DNA of 64,000 nt. Source: an uncultured cyanobacterium (GTDB lineage: Bacteria > Cyanobacteriota > Cyanobacteriia > Cyanobacteriales > CAWCAG01). Both the position numbers and the translations under genes were made by a program. The notes under the pieces are model-generated. The model had not been told where the DNA came from and ran no database searches. It saw nothing but the letters and a program-made list of their open reading frames with translations. Below are positions 7,577-17,853 of the stretch, one piece after another. The stretch spans positions 928,001 through 992,000 of the forward strand of contig CAWCAG010000007.1 in assembly GCA_963793425.1 (NCBI GenBank), given 5' to 3'. Numbering within the stretch: position 1 is the stretch's first letter; every line of letters begins with the position of its first letter.

Positions 7577-10500
7577 ATGAAGCTTGGCTTAAACTTGACC
7601 CGTACTTCTATTATTATCTGTATTGCTATTATTTTGGTTGCCTTTGGGAGCCTAATTTTATTTACTAGTTTTACCCAGGATGAGCAAGGAGATAAGTTAA
7701 ATCCTCCCCCAGTTGAACTTACTCAGGAATGGCAATACCGACTAGGAGATTCTCCTGTAAATGAGAATGGGATTCCTGTTTGGACTCTGGAAAAGGAATC
7801 TGCCCAACCTTGGCAAGCCTTGGAAGTTCCTGGTAAGTTAAAGATTAGTTCCGGGGAAAATTTTGTTTGGTTGCGAACGACATTACCAGAAAAAACTTGG
7901 CCTTATCCTGGTCTTTATATTCGAGGTATTCCTAACTTATTACAAACTTATATTGAAGATAGTTTAAGCTATGTTTACTATGAGTTGAATCAAGATGGAA
8001 GTTTGCAGCTTAAAGAGGAAAAATGGCCTGTTATTCCCCTAGGAGATGAGTTTCAAAATAAATCCCTGTTTTTTAGAGTTTATGTTGGTGATCGCCAAAC
8101 TCTCAAAGTAGGTTTTTTCGGTAGTACTCTGATTGGTTCTCAACCTGAACTAGTGAAGAAGTTTGTTAAACAGAGTATAGATAAGCTTATTCTTGGCTGC
8201 CTATTTGTTTTTTGTGGTTTTGTACCCTTGTTATTTGCGTTGGTTAAGGGTACAGAATCTCTCTATTTGTCCTTTGGTATTTTAACTCTTGTCATTGGCA
8301 TTTACACAATTTCCGGAGCGGAACTAGCCCGCTTTTTAATTTATAATCCTCAGCTATGGTCGTTCCTTCATTATACTAGTTTCCATCTGATACCCTGCAT
8401 CGTTATTATCTTTTTCGAGCAGGTTTTTGGGTCTGGTCATAGGAACATTATTCGCAAACTATGGCAGATTCAACTAGGTTACACAGCTTGTGTGTTGGTT
8501 TTAGCGAGTAGTGGTTTAGTCGCTTGGTATTATACTTTTTATCCCACCCAGCTTTCAGGCATTATTAGTGCTTTTATTTTAATTTTTACAGCCTTAAAGG
8601 TTAAAGATAGAGATAGTCTAGAAATCAAGTTATTCACCGCTGGTTTCACAGTTTTTCTGATTACGGTTATCCACGATATTTTAAGCTATGTCTTCTTATC
8701 ATTCCCTTGGTATTTAAGCATTTATCCTTGGGGAATGTTTGTTTTTATCATTTTCTTAGCCTTTATTTTAGAGAGACGTTTCACCGAAGCGAAAAAGCAA
8801 CTACAAAAGTATGCTGTGGAAATGGAAGTAAAAAACACAGCTTTGGAGCGTTTGGACAAGCTTAAAGATGATTTTCTCGCTAATACATCCCACGAACTAA
8901 GAACTCCCCTTAATGGCATTATCGGTTTAGCAGAATCCTTAGTAGATGGAGTGACAGGAAAACTTCCGAACCAAACTTTATTTAACCTCTCACTAATTAT
9001 TTCTAGCGGTAAGAGACTTACTCAATTAGTGAACGATCTATTAGATTTTTCCCGATTAAAACATCAAAATATTCAACTGCAACTTAAAAATATTGGTATG
9101 CGAGAAATTGCTGAGGTTGTTTTAACTATTTCTCGTAGTTTAGTTGGGGATCGAGATATCCAGTTAATTAATAAAATATCTCCCGATTTGCCTCTAGTTA
9201 TTGCTGATGAAAATCGAGTTCAACAAATTCTTTTTAACTTAGTTGGTAATGCTATTAAGTTTAGTGAATCCGGGACAGTAGAGGTTAAAGCTAAAGTAAC
9301 TGAGCAATATCTATCTATAGCTGTTACGGACAAAGGAATTGGCATACCGGCTAATAAATTAAACCGTATTTTTCAACCTTTTGAACAGGCTAATGGATCA
9401 ATTTCTCGGCAGTATGGTGGTACAGGTTTAGGTTTGGCGGTGACGAAACAATTAGTTGAACTTCATCAAGGAGAAATTGAAGTCAGGTCAGTTTTAGGGG
9501 AAGGTTCTCGCTTTGTTTTCACCCTCCCTCTCGCTACAGAATTAGAAGATAGAGAAGATAGACAAACTGAAGTTAGTATTCCCCAAGACTTATCTGAGAT
9601 TAGTGGGTTACTTATCAACAATGATCAAGAAGAAATTGCTGATTCGGAAATTATTGTTCAACCAAGTCCAGGAAAATTCAAAGTTTTAATCGTTGATGAT
9701 GAACAGGTGAACCGCCAGGTTTTAATCAACTATCTTTCGCTGCATAATTATGCAATTACCCAAGCTACCAACGGACCAGAAACTCTCGATTTAATTAACG
9801 AAGGCTTCAAACCAGATATTATTTTACTTGATGTCATGATGCCGAAAATTACCGGGTATGAAGTCTGCCAGCAAATTCGCCAAACTTATTCCCCAGCAGA
9901 GTTGCCAATTATTTTATTAACCGCCAAAAATCAAGTTTCTGATTTAGTAGAAGGTTTCTTATATGGTGCTAATGATTATATGGCTAAGCCAATTTCTAAA
10001 AATGAGTTACTAGCCAGAATGAAAACTCATATTCAGCTTGCCAAAATCAATCTGGCTACTAGTCGTTTCGTACCCTACGAATTTTTAGAATTTTTGGGTA
10101 AAGAGAGTATTTCTGATGTCAACTTAGGGGATCAAGTTCAACAAGAGATGACTATTCTTTTTTCTGATATTCGTTCTTTCACAACTATCTCAGAAAGAAT
10201 GTCTCCGAAGGAAAACTTTGATTTCCTTAATGCTTATTTAAGCAAGGTTGGGCCAGTTATTCGTAACCATCGCGGCTTTATTGATAAGTATATTGGCGAT
10301 GCTATTATGGCTTTATTTCCTGAAAGTAGTGACGATGCTTTACAAGCAGCAATGGCGATGCAAAGACAGGTAGAAATTTATAACGAAGAAAGTATTAGCA
10401 AAGGCTATCCTCGTATTAATATTGGCATTGGTTTACATACCGGAACTTTGATGTTAGGAACTATTGGCGAAGAAGAAAGAATGGAAAGTACAGTAATTTC

Positions 10501-10888
10501 TGATGCTGTTAACTTAGCTTCTCGTTTAGAAGGATTAACTAAAAGTTACGGTGCTAGTTTATTAGTTTCAGAATATACTATTTTCAATATTGAAGAACCT
10601 GAAAAATACGCCAGCAGATTTTTAGGAAGAGTAAGAGTAAAAGGAAAAAGAGAACCAGTAGGTGTGTTTGAAATTTATGAAGCAGATCCTGAACCTCTTA
10701 AGGAACTTAAAACTAAAACTCGTGCTAGTTTTGAGCAAGCAGTTATTTTTTATTACCAAGAACAATTTGCCCAAGCTTGGTATGCTTTTAAAGCTTTATT
10801 ACAACAAAATAGCCAAGATTTAGTTTTACAGTCATATGTTAAGCGTTGTGAGAGAATTTTGCGTCACAAAGGGGAAGAGACTTTTTAA
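7577..10888 (+). CDS. Multi-TM hybrid histidine kinase-receiver-class III adenylate/guanylate cyclase
   Basis: ~7 TM helices; H-box LANTSHELRTPL; G-box GGTGLGLA; REC LIVDD..LLDVMMP; cyclase FSDIRSFT, DKYIGDAIMA, DAVNLASRLE. Confidence 0.9.
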   Translation: MKLGLNLTRTSIIICIAIILVAFGSLILFTSFTQDEQGDKLNPPPVELTQEWQYRLGDSPVNENGIPVWTLEKESAQPWQALEVPGKLKISSGENFVWLRTTLPEKTWPYPGLYIRGIPNLLQTYIEDSLSYVYYELNQDGSLQLKEEKWPVIPLGDEFQNKSLFFRVYVGDRQTLKVGFFGSTLIGSQPELVKKFVKQSIDKLILGCLFVFCGFVPLLFALVKGTESLYLSFGILTLVIGIYTISGAELARFLIYNPQLWSFLHYTSFHLIPCIVIIFFEQVFGSGHRNIIRKLWQIQLGYTACVLVLASSGLVAWYYTFYPTQLSGIISAFILIFTALKVKDRDSLEIKLFTAGFTVFLITVIHDILSYVFLSFPWYLSIYPWGMFVFIIFLAFILERRFTEAKKQLQKYAVEMEVKNTALERLDKLKDDFLANTSHELRTPLNGIIGLAESLVDGVTGKLPNQTLFNLSLIISSGKRLTQLVNDLLDFSRLKHQNIQLQLKNIGMREIAEVVLTISRSLVGDRDIQLINKISPDLPLVIADENRVQQILFNLVGNAIKFSESGTVEVKAKVTEQYLSIAVTDKGIGIPANKLNRIFQPFEQANGSISRQYGGTGLGLAVTKQLVELHQGEIEVRSVLGEGSRFVFTLPLATELEDREDRQTEVSIPQDLSEISGLLINNDQEEIADSEIIVQPSPGKFKVLIVDDEQVNRQVLINYLSLHNYAITQATNGPETLDLINEGFKPDIILLDVMMPKITGYEVCQQIRQTYSPAELPIILLTAKNQVSDLVEGFLYGANDYMAKPISKNELLARMKTHIQLAKINLATSRFVPYEFLEFLGKESISDVNLGDQVQQEMTILFSDIRSFTTISERMSPKENFDFLNAYLSKVGPVIRNHRGFIDKYIGDAIMALFPESSDDALQAAMAMQRQVEIYNEESISKGYPRINIGIGLHTGTLMLGTIGEEERMESTVISDAVNLASRLEGLTKSYGASLLVSEYTIFNIEEPEKYASRFLGRVRVKGKREPVGVFEIYEADPEPLKELKTKTRASFEQAVIFYYQEQFAQAWYAFKALLQQNSQDLVLQSYVKRCERILRHKGEETF

Positions 10889-10914
10889 ATAATTGCTCAA
10901 CTGCTATAAATTTT

Positions 10915-13005
10915 TCATTCAGATTGTTGATGATCAATTATTTGGCAGTGCATAGGAATTTCGATAAAAAACTTTGTTCCTTCTCCTAAAACAGAATGAT
11001 AATCTAACTTCCCTCCCAATTTTTCCATGATTTGAAAACTAATCGATAATCCTAACCCTGTCCCTTTGCCGACAGGTTTAGTAGTGAAGAAAGGTTCAAA
11101 TAAATGTTGCTTGATTTCTTCTGTTAATCCTGGTCCGTTATCAGCAATAATTACGGAAATATAACTATTTTCTTGATAGTTAGTTTGAATAGTTATTTCT
11201 AGGTAATCTTGTTTCGTTTCTTCTAAAGCATCAATGGCGTTACTAATTAGATTCATGAATACCTGGTTCAATTGCCCGGAAAAACATTCCGTTAAAGGCA
11301 GCTTGTTATATTCTTTAATGATTTTAATACCAGGAAAATTACCTTGGGGCTTCAAGCGAGTTTCTAAAATCATTAAGGTATTATCAATACCTTCATGGAT
11401 ATCAACTGCTTTTAATTTAACTTGGTCTTGGCGAGAAAAACTCTGCAAAGAAAGGACGATTTGGCGAATGCGTTTAGTCCCTACTTGCATAGATTCAAAA
11501 ATCTTAGGTAAATCTTCTAAAAGAAACTCTAAATCAATTTCTTCAATTTTACTCTTAACAGCAGGTTTGGGATGAGGATAATTAATTTGATAAAGTTTGG
11601 CTAATTCTATTAAATCATCTGTATATTCCTTAGCATGGCTTAAGTTACCATAAATAAAGCTAACTGGATTATTAATCTCGTGGGCAACTCCGGCCACAAG
11701 CTGACCTAAGCTAGACATTTTCTCTCTTTGAATTAGTTCAGCCGTAATTTTACGATTTTCTTCAAAGGTTTTGGTAATAGTTTGAAACCAAGGATTCCAG
11801 CAAGTAGGAATTTCAGGTACTTCTGGATAAAGATTTTTGCTTTCCGCCTCAATGTGATTAATTAGCTGGCGGGTAGGATTGATAAACTCCCTTTTAATCA
11901 GGTAATTGGCAATTAAAAGCATTAAAATTAAGCTTGAGTAAAGAATACCTAAAACCAGAATGCTCTTACTAATAATTGGCATCATAATTGCTGACTTTTT
12001 AGTCAAGAAAATTAATTGCCAAGGAGACTGTTCCAAGTTGCGATAGAAAAATAGATAAGAACCAATGTCTTGAACTTCTTTTTCTTGTTTTTGTAGCAGA
12101 GAAGGAATTTCTTCTCGAAGAGATTTAGGCAGAACATTTTGTAGAGATTGAACAACTGAATCTTCATTTTGAGGAGCAATTATTTGTTGATATTTATTAA
12201 CTAAAAAGCTATTACCTACTTTGTAATCAAACTCAGTTAGTATTTGATTAAAAATAGCTAAGTCTACATTAAGATCCACTGTGCCACGAAATTCATTTCC
12301 TTCATAAACAGGTGCGCCAGAGGTAACTAACAAGCGCTCACTTATAGGATCTTGATATATTTTTGTCCAAAATAGGTCACGTTGGGAATTGTTTTTTGGT
12401 AATCCTAAAGTATAAAATTCATAGTTATAAAAATCGCTATTTAAACGAGCTATTTGAGAATCTTTCCAAGGATAGGCGTTAATAAAGTTATTGCGAGAAA
12501 TATAAAAAGCCCAGACATCATTGGGGATAATATGTAAGGCAATATTTAAAAGAGGATTGAGTGCCAAAGCCATTTCAATCTCGCGATAAAATTCAGGAGA
12601 ATGACCTTGCAAAGAACCTTTGCCTGTTAAGTTACCCACCAAATTACTGTTGTAAGGAAAAGGGATATGATCTAAGCTATAAATATCCTCTTGTGGGTCA
12701 TATTGCAGACTGTCAAAAAGTCGGGAACGGTCAGTCTCTTCTTCATTCACTTCATAAAAAGAATTAGCTCTAAGTCGTAAGGCTTCTACATAATCTGTAT
12801 TGGTTTTTAAGATTTCATCTAAAGAAATAATCTCCTCTTCAAAATGGTCTTGAATCAAACTAATTTCGTATTTATATTGGGAGTTTACTTGCCAGAAAAA
12901 TACTCCTAGAGAAATAAGAATAACAACAATAAAAGTGAGACTAATAATGCGGTTGTATCTCGCAAAGAACATATCTGGATTATTACTCCTGGTTAAGTCA
13001 CTCAT
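10915..13005 (-). CDS. Cache-domain sensor histidine kinase
   Basis: Two TM helices flanking a Cache-like region (WTKIYQD); AGVAHEINNP; KGTGLGLSIS. Confidence 0.9.
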   Translation of the reverse strand: MSDLTRSNNPDMFFARYNRIISLTFIVVILISLGVFFWQVNSQYKYEISLIQDHFEEEIISLDEILKTNTDYVEALRLRANSFYEVNEEETDRSRLFDSLQYDPQEDIYSLDHIPFPYNSNLVGNLTGKGSLQGHSPEFYREIEMALALNPLLNIALHIIPNDVWAFYISRNNFINAYPWKDSQIARLNSDFYNYEFYTLGLPKNNSQRDLFWTKIYQDPISERLLVTSGAPVYEGNEFRGTVDLNVDLAIFNQILTEFDYKVGNSFLVNKYQQIIAPQNEDSVVQSLQNVLPKSLREEIPSLLQKQEKEVQDIGSYLFFYRNLEQSPWQLIFLTKKSAIMMPIISKSILVLGILYSSLILMLLIANYLIKREFINPTRQLINHIEAESKNLYPEVPEIPTCWNPWFQTITKTFEENRKITAELIQREKMSSLGQLVAGVAHEINNPVSFIYGNLSHAKEYTDDLIELAKLYQINYPHPKPAVKSKIEEIDLEFLLEDLPKIFESMQVGTKRIRQIVLSLQSFSRQDQVKLKAVDIHEGIDNTLMILETRLKPQGNFPGIKIIKEYNKLPLTECFSGQLNQVFMNLISNAIDALEETKQDYLEITIQTNYQENSYISVIIADNGPGLTEEIKQHLFEPFFTTKPVGKGTGLGLSISFQIMEKLGGKLDYHSVLGEGTKFFIEIPMHCQIIDHQQSE

Positions 13006-13248
13006 CTCAAACTCATCTCAATTACTGCACCGATAGTTTTTGGCTTTCGGTATCGCGAAGTTTTCCCAGTTACATATAAGCTACTGGGGATCTATCTAGA
13101 TACACCTGATGCCACTTAACTCAATTTTCCGACAGCAGTTATAAATTTGTTCAGTGCTTAAGACTACAAATCAGTCAACAAAGATAATTTGCTGTAGCTT
13201 TCGTTACCAAGAGGTGGATATACTGCGGTAGAAATCTAAGGGTTTTGG

Positions 13249-15036
13249 CTATGATTTTGATTCGTGAGTGGAAGCTACGTATAACTCCTTAAGCTGCTTT
13301 TCATCTACTTTAGCAGGAGCATCTGTGAGTAAGGAACGCGCTTGTTGGGTTTTCGGGAAAGCAATTACTTCTCGAATGGAATCTTCTTGTGCTAATAACA
13401 TCACCAAACGATCTAAACCATAGGCAATGCCGCCGTGGGGTGGTGTTCCGTATTCAAAAGCTTCTAATAAGAAACCAAACTTATCATAGGCTTCTTCGGT
13501 AGATAAGCCAATAGCAGTAAACACCTGTTCTTGAACCTCTCGTTGGTAGATGCGTAGACTACCCCCTCCTAATTCTACGCCATTGTAAACCAGGTCGTAA
13601 GCAAGGGCGCGGGCTGTTGTTAAATCTTTAATATCTTCTGGGTTTGGGGCAGTGAAGGGGTGGTGTAAAGCTTCTAAACGTTTTTCGGGTTCGTTCCACT
13701 CAAACATCGGGAAGTCTGTTACCCACAATAAGTTATTTTGGTTGGCATCAATTAAGCCTAACTGTTCCCCAATTACCAAACGCAAACGATCTAAAGATTT
13801 ATTTACTGTAGCAGTATCCCCTGCCCCAAACAACAAGAGATGCCCTGGTTTAGCGTCGGTACGTTGTAAAAGTTCCTCTTTCTGTTCTGGGGAAAGATTA
13901 TCCTTAATCGCCCCAATTGTGTCAATTTCTCCTTCTTCCCGGACTCTAATATAAGCGATACCCTTCGCCCCCGCCGCACTAGCTTCTTTAAATAAGTCTC
14001 CTCCTGGTTTGATGCGAACATTAGAGATATTTTTACTACCTTCCGGGATCGGTAAAACTTTAACTGTTCCCCCTTTTTTCACTGCCCCAGAAAAGACTTT
14101 AAAACCAGAGTCTTGAACAATATCGGCTACATCTACCAACTCTAAACCAAAACGAGTATCTGGTTTATCTGTACCGTAGCGATTCATTGCTTCGGCGTAA
14201 GTAAGGCGAGGGAAAGGACGGGGGATTTCTATACCTTTAACACTTTGGAAAATTTGACAAACTAAAGCTTCATTTAATTCTAAAATTTCTTCTTGGGACA
14301 TGAAACTCATTTCCATATCCAATTGGGTAAATTCTGGTTGTCGATCTGCCCGCAAATCTTCATCTCGGAAGCAACGGGCAATTTGATAATATCTATCTAA
14401 GCCAGATACCATTAAAAGCTGTTTAAATAACTGAGGAGATTGGGGTAAAGCATACCATTCTCCTGGGTTGACCCTAGAAGGTACGAGATAGTCTCTAGCC
14501 CCTTCGGGGGTAGATTTGGTAAGAATGGGAGTTTCTACTTCCACAAAGTTATATTCATCTTCTAGGAAGCGACGAATAGTTTTGAGTACTTGATGGCGCA
14601 ACTGTAAGTTTTTGTTGAGGCGGGATCGCCTCATATCTAAATAGCGATACTTAAACCGCAATTCTTCTTTAACCGGTTCAGTATCCGCACTAGAAACTTG
14701 AAAAGGTAATTGCTTACTTACCCCATTAAGCAGCTTAATACTATCAGCATATATTTCCACCTCTCCGGTGGGTAGCTTGGGGTTCAGGGAGTCTTCGGGA
14801 CGTTTGCTAACCCTTCCCGACACTTGAACCACATACTCATTACGTAAAGACTCCGCTATAGTATAGGAATCTGGAGTTCTTTCGGGATCGCTAACAATTT
14901 GAATTATGCCTGTGCGATCGCGCAAATCCAGAAAGATAACCCCCCCATGATCGCGATATCGATCTACCCAGCCGCAAAGGGTAACGGTTTTATCAAGATA
15001 TTCTGTACGAAGTTCGCCGCAATAATGGGTTCGCAT
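13249..15036 (-). CDS. aspS: Aspartate--tRNA ligase
   Basis: [50 protein letters not shown]. Confidence 0.98.
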   Translation of the reverse strand: MRTHYCGELRTEYLDKTVTLCGWVDRYRDHGGVIFLDLRDRTGIIQIVSDPERTPDSYTIAESLRNEYVVQVSGRVSKRPEDSLNPKLPTGEVEIYADSIKLLNGVSKQLPFQVSSADTEPVKEELRFKYRYLDMRRSRLNKNLQLRHQVLKTIRRFLEDEYNFVEVETPILTKSTPEGARDYLVPSRVNPGEWYALPQSPQLFKQLLMVSGLDRYYQIARCFRDEDLRADRQPEFTQLDMEMSFMSQEEILELNEALVCQIFQSVKGIEIPRPFPRLTYAEAMNRYGTDKPDTRFGLELVDVADIVQDSGFKVFSGAVKKGGTVKVLPIPEGSKNISNVRIKPGGDLFKEASAAGAKGIAYIRVREEGEIDTIGAIKDNLSPEQKEELLQRTDAKPGHLLLFGAGDTATVNKSLDRLRLVIGEQLGLIDANQNNLLWVTDFPMFEWNEPEKRLEALHHPFTAPNPEDIKDLTTARALAYDLVYNGVELGGGSLRIYQREVQEQVFTAIGLSTEEAYDKFGFLLEAFEYGTPPHGGIAYGLDRLVMLLAQEDSIREVIAFPKTQQARSLLTDAPAKVDEKQLKELYVASTHESKS

Positions 15037-15258
15037 AGCCAGTGATTTGAAGATAGTTGCTGTGGAAGGGTCGGTTATTTAGAGTAGCAAAATATTGTTA
15101 CTTTGCACATCAATTATCACCTTATAGCAATTCTATGACGGCTGGGCTAGATTCTGGCTTTTTGCTAATAGAAGCGTGGCTAGTTGAAAATATGGAAATA
15201 GACCAAATGTACGCTACTGATTCTGAACTGCGATCGCCTATGAAGGAAACTTTAAGTA

Positions 15259-15319
15259 ATGGTGGGCAAATCTTGCCAACTTGTTTGATAACAAAGAAAT
15301 TCTCTTTTGCCCACCCTAC
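15259..15319. repeat. REP-like palindrome ATGGTGGGCAAA...TTTTGCCCACCCTAC
   Basis: Same arms as the elements at 28739-28885 and 43268-43328. Confidence 0.8.
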
Positions 15320-15322
15320 ATC

Positions 15323-15582
15323 TAGGGCTAAGCATAAAAGGGTTGAGGTGATGGAAACAAAAGCACTATTTAAGATGTAATAAATGAAAGGGCGACGGCT
15401 AAATAGTTCTTGGTAATGCCCTAAAGTGAAACGATTCGGCAAATAAACATTAGGCATAGCGGAAATATCTTCATTGACTTTAAAAGAAGTCAGCAATTGC
15501 CACAGAATTGGGGCAGGAAGAAGATGACGATTAAAGCGACGGAGATAATTAATAAAGCTTTTTTATTAATAGAGTTAGTCAT
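15323..15582 (-). pseudogene. N-terminal remnant of a carbohydrate ABC permease, frameshifted and truncated
   Basis: MTNSINKKALLIISVALIVIFF, frameshift, APILWQLLTSFKVNEDISAMPNVYLPNRFTLGHYQELF..ILNSAFVSITSTLLCLAL; stops at the REP element. Confidence 0.75.
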
Positions 15583-15640
15583 ATCGGACATTTCGCAGAT
15601 CAATAGCTCTAAATACCTGATAGCTTAGACTAATTTCAAG

Positions 15641-15694
15641 TACACAACATTGACACAAGACTAACACTTGTTTGTCACATCCTAGGAGTAACTT
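15641..15694 (+). promoter_or_regulatory. Four 11-bp-phased repeats plus -10
   Basis: tacac 15641, gacac 15652, aacac 15663, gtcac 15674, TAACTT 15689; same geometry at 17016-17069. Confidence 0.6.
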
Positions 15695-15722
15695 AGAAAG
15701 TATCCAAGTTGGAGAAAAGAAT

Positions 15723-15935
15723 ATGGAAACTACATTCAAATCTTTTAAAGGCATTGGTACATTTGCAATCGCTTGTTTTGCGTTCGCAGCTACTCCCTTT
15801 CCTGCTGCGGCTGCTCAAGAAACTGAGCATACCCAGCTTAACTCCATTCTCTCGGCTTTGCATAAAGAGCAAACTATTGAAATGACTGATGAACAGGCTG
15901 AATATATTCATGCGTTGCAGGAACATTATGAATAA
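15723..15935 (+). CDS. Small secreted protein
   Basis: GGAG SD; METTFKSFKGIGTFAIACFAFAATPFPAAA signal peptide. Confidence 0.65.
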   Translation: METTFKSFKGIGTFAIACFAFAATPFPAAAAQETEHTQLNSILSALHKEQTIEMTDEQAEYIHALQEHYE

Positions 15936-15970
15936 CTAATAACTATTTGGTAAATCGTCTCTAACCCTTG

Positions 15971-16150
15971 CTAGCTAGAATTTTGCAGTAATTGAGATAA
16001 CTTTGCTTCGATTCTAGCTAAGCTTTCCTTGAATTCATTTTGCTGGTCTTCAGTAAAAAGCTCTAGAGTTAGGCTACCATTAGTTTCAAGAATAGCTAAC
16101 TTAACCTGGGCAATATCTACAACTCCCTGTTGACGTAGCTTTGTATATAG
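15971..16150 (-). pseudogene. C-terminal remnant of a DUF421/YetF membrane protein
   Basis: LRQQGVVDIAQVKLAILETNGSLT motif with no N-terminal TM part; abuts the head of the next gene. Confidence 0.65.
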
Positions 16151-16174
16151 CATAAGGAATATGTTACCCCTGCC

Positions 16175-16984
16175 ATGCAAAAAGTGTTAGAAGACCAACT
16201 TGCTGGTGAAAAACTACATCTACGGCGAGGAGTCGATTTGCAGGTTTGCCATTTTCCAGGAGTGACCCCTGGAATCGTTTTTCTGCACGGTGGGTTAGGA
16301 AATAGATATAACTGGCGATCGCAGTACGAATTTTTTGCTCAGCAAGGTAGGGAGGTGTTGGCTTATGATTTAGCTGGACATGGACAGTCTACCCCTTATC
16401 AACGCTACTCTTTAGGCAGACATAGGCGAGACTTGAATCGGTTGTTGAAACGTTTACACATCCACTCTCCTATCCTTTGCTGTCATAGCTACGGTGTACC
16501 TATTGGTTTGGAGTGGGCGAGAAAGCATCCGGTGCGGGGTTTGGTGCTGATTGCTGGAGGAACCCACGATTTAGACCCTTGGTGGGAAATTCCTTTGATG
16601 AAGTTTCTTGCTTGGGGTGGGAGATATCTTTATCATTTACCAGGAGTTCAGTCTCTGACCAACCACCTATCAAGCGATCGCAACGGCAAGAAGATTGAGC
16701 GTTTTTTTGCTGAAAGCCCTGTCCCCACAGAACCTCATTCCTATGAAGCCTTGGAAATATTTTGGGGTTATAACTTTTTCGGTCGTGATCGCCCCTCCAT
16801 TAAGTTTCAATTCCCGGTTTTAGTCATTAGTGGTGGTAAAGACCCCATGTTTACTGAAACAATGGGAGAACAATTAGCTGCTATCTTTCCCTTGGGGCAA
16901 CATCTACACTTGCCTGAAGCGGGGCATTTACTAATCGGAGAATATCCCGATCAGGTTAATGATGCGATCGCCGATTTGTTATGA
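16175..16984 (+). CDS. Alpha/beta fold hydrolase
   Basis: FLHGGLG, YDLAGHGQS, CHSYG nucleophile elbow, EAGH. Confidence 0.9.
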   Translation: MQKVLEDQLAGEKLHLRRGVDLQVCHFPGVTPGIVFLHGGLGNRYNWRSQYEFFAQQGREVLAYDLAGHGQSTPYQRYSLGRHRRDLNRLLKRLHIHSPILCCHSYGVPIGLEWARKHPVRGLVLIAGGTHDLDPWWEIPLMKFLAWGGRYLYHLPGVQSLTNHLSSDRNGKKIERFFAESPVPTEPHSYEALEIFWGYNFFGRDRPSIKFQFPVLVISGGKDPMFTETMGEQLAAIFPLGQHLHLPEAGHLLIGEYPDQVNDAIADLL

Positions 16985-17015
16985 AATCAAACAAATTAGT
17001 CATCCTCCGAAAGTT

Positions 17016-17069
17016 GACACAGAAACAACATTGATTCGACACAAGTTTGTCATGAGGAGTCGTTACACT
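17016..17069 (+). promoter_or_regulatory. Four 11-bp-phased repeats plus -10
   Basis: gacac 17016, aacat 17027, gacac 17038, gtcat 17049, TACACT 17064. Confidence 0.6.
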
Positions 17070-17119
17070 TTAAGCAGATTCAAAAAAAACGAATCAAAAA
17101 TCATACAAAGGAGAATTGT

Positions 17120-17641
17120 ATGAATATTCTTCAAAAGGGTTTAATCGGTGTCAGCTTAGTTGCGTTACTAGCAAGCTGTAGCCCAGATGCTAATACAAAA
17201 TCACCCGCGACGGAAACTTCAAAAGCAACACCGGCTGAAGTGAGGCCAGTAAAGGACAAGACTACCTCAGCACAAAAAGATAGTGAACTACTCTCAACCA
17301 TTGATGTGAAGCTATCAGATGGCAAGGTTGAGCTTTCCGAATCCCAGGTTAAAGCGGGGCCTCTAGAATTTAAAGTTCACAATGATACCACTGAACCGTT
17401 AGAGCTGGCAGTGATTAAAACAGAGGTTGAGCCAACCAAAATCATGGTTAAAGAAGGGAAGATTGATAAAACGCAAAAAGGAGTTGAAGTAATTTCGCAA
17501 TTACGCGATCGCCCAATCAAGCCTGGACAAGAACAAACCATTGCAGAAACCTTTGAGCCAGGAGAATATACTGTAGTAGTGACTTCCCCTAACCAGGCTG
17601 AGCCAATTGCCTATTCTACTTTAACCCTGCAACCAAAGTAG
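17120..17641 (+). CDS. Lipoprotein with cupredoxin-like fold
   Basis: AAGGAG SD; lipobox LLASC; VKAGPLEFKVHN...FEPGEYTVV; canonical Cu ligands not evident. Confidence 0.7.
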   Translation: MNILQKGLIGVSLVALLASCSPDANTKSPATETSKATPAEVRPVKDKTTSAQKDSELLSTIDVKLSDGKVELSESQVKAGPLEFKVHNDTTEPLELAVIKTEVEPTKIMVKEGKIDKTQKGVEVISQLRDRPIKPGQEQTIAETFEPGEYTVVVTSPNQAEPIAYSTLTLQPK

Positions 17642-17853
17642 TTTTGTAGAGTTCAAGGAGCAAGTTAGCATAATCAGCGCCTGAAGCATTTTGCCTTGGG
17701 CGCTTAATTTTTGTTAACTTTGATCTGAAATTTGGATAATTGACCTCAAAGAGATTCTATGACTGGGGATCAAAGCAGTTTAAGCAAGCTGGCTTATGAT
17801 AATTTTTAGATCTTCTTAATTCAATTCCCATGCCTTTATCTATATAATCTTCA

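Noticed and set aside
15057..15380. ORF-track ORFs 15057-15380 (+) and the 3' half of 15122-15496 (-)
   Set aside because: They read through a REP element or antisense to the permease remnant; no recognisable protein.
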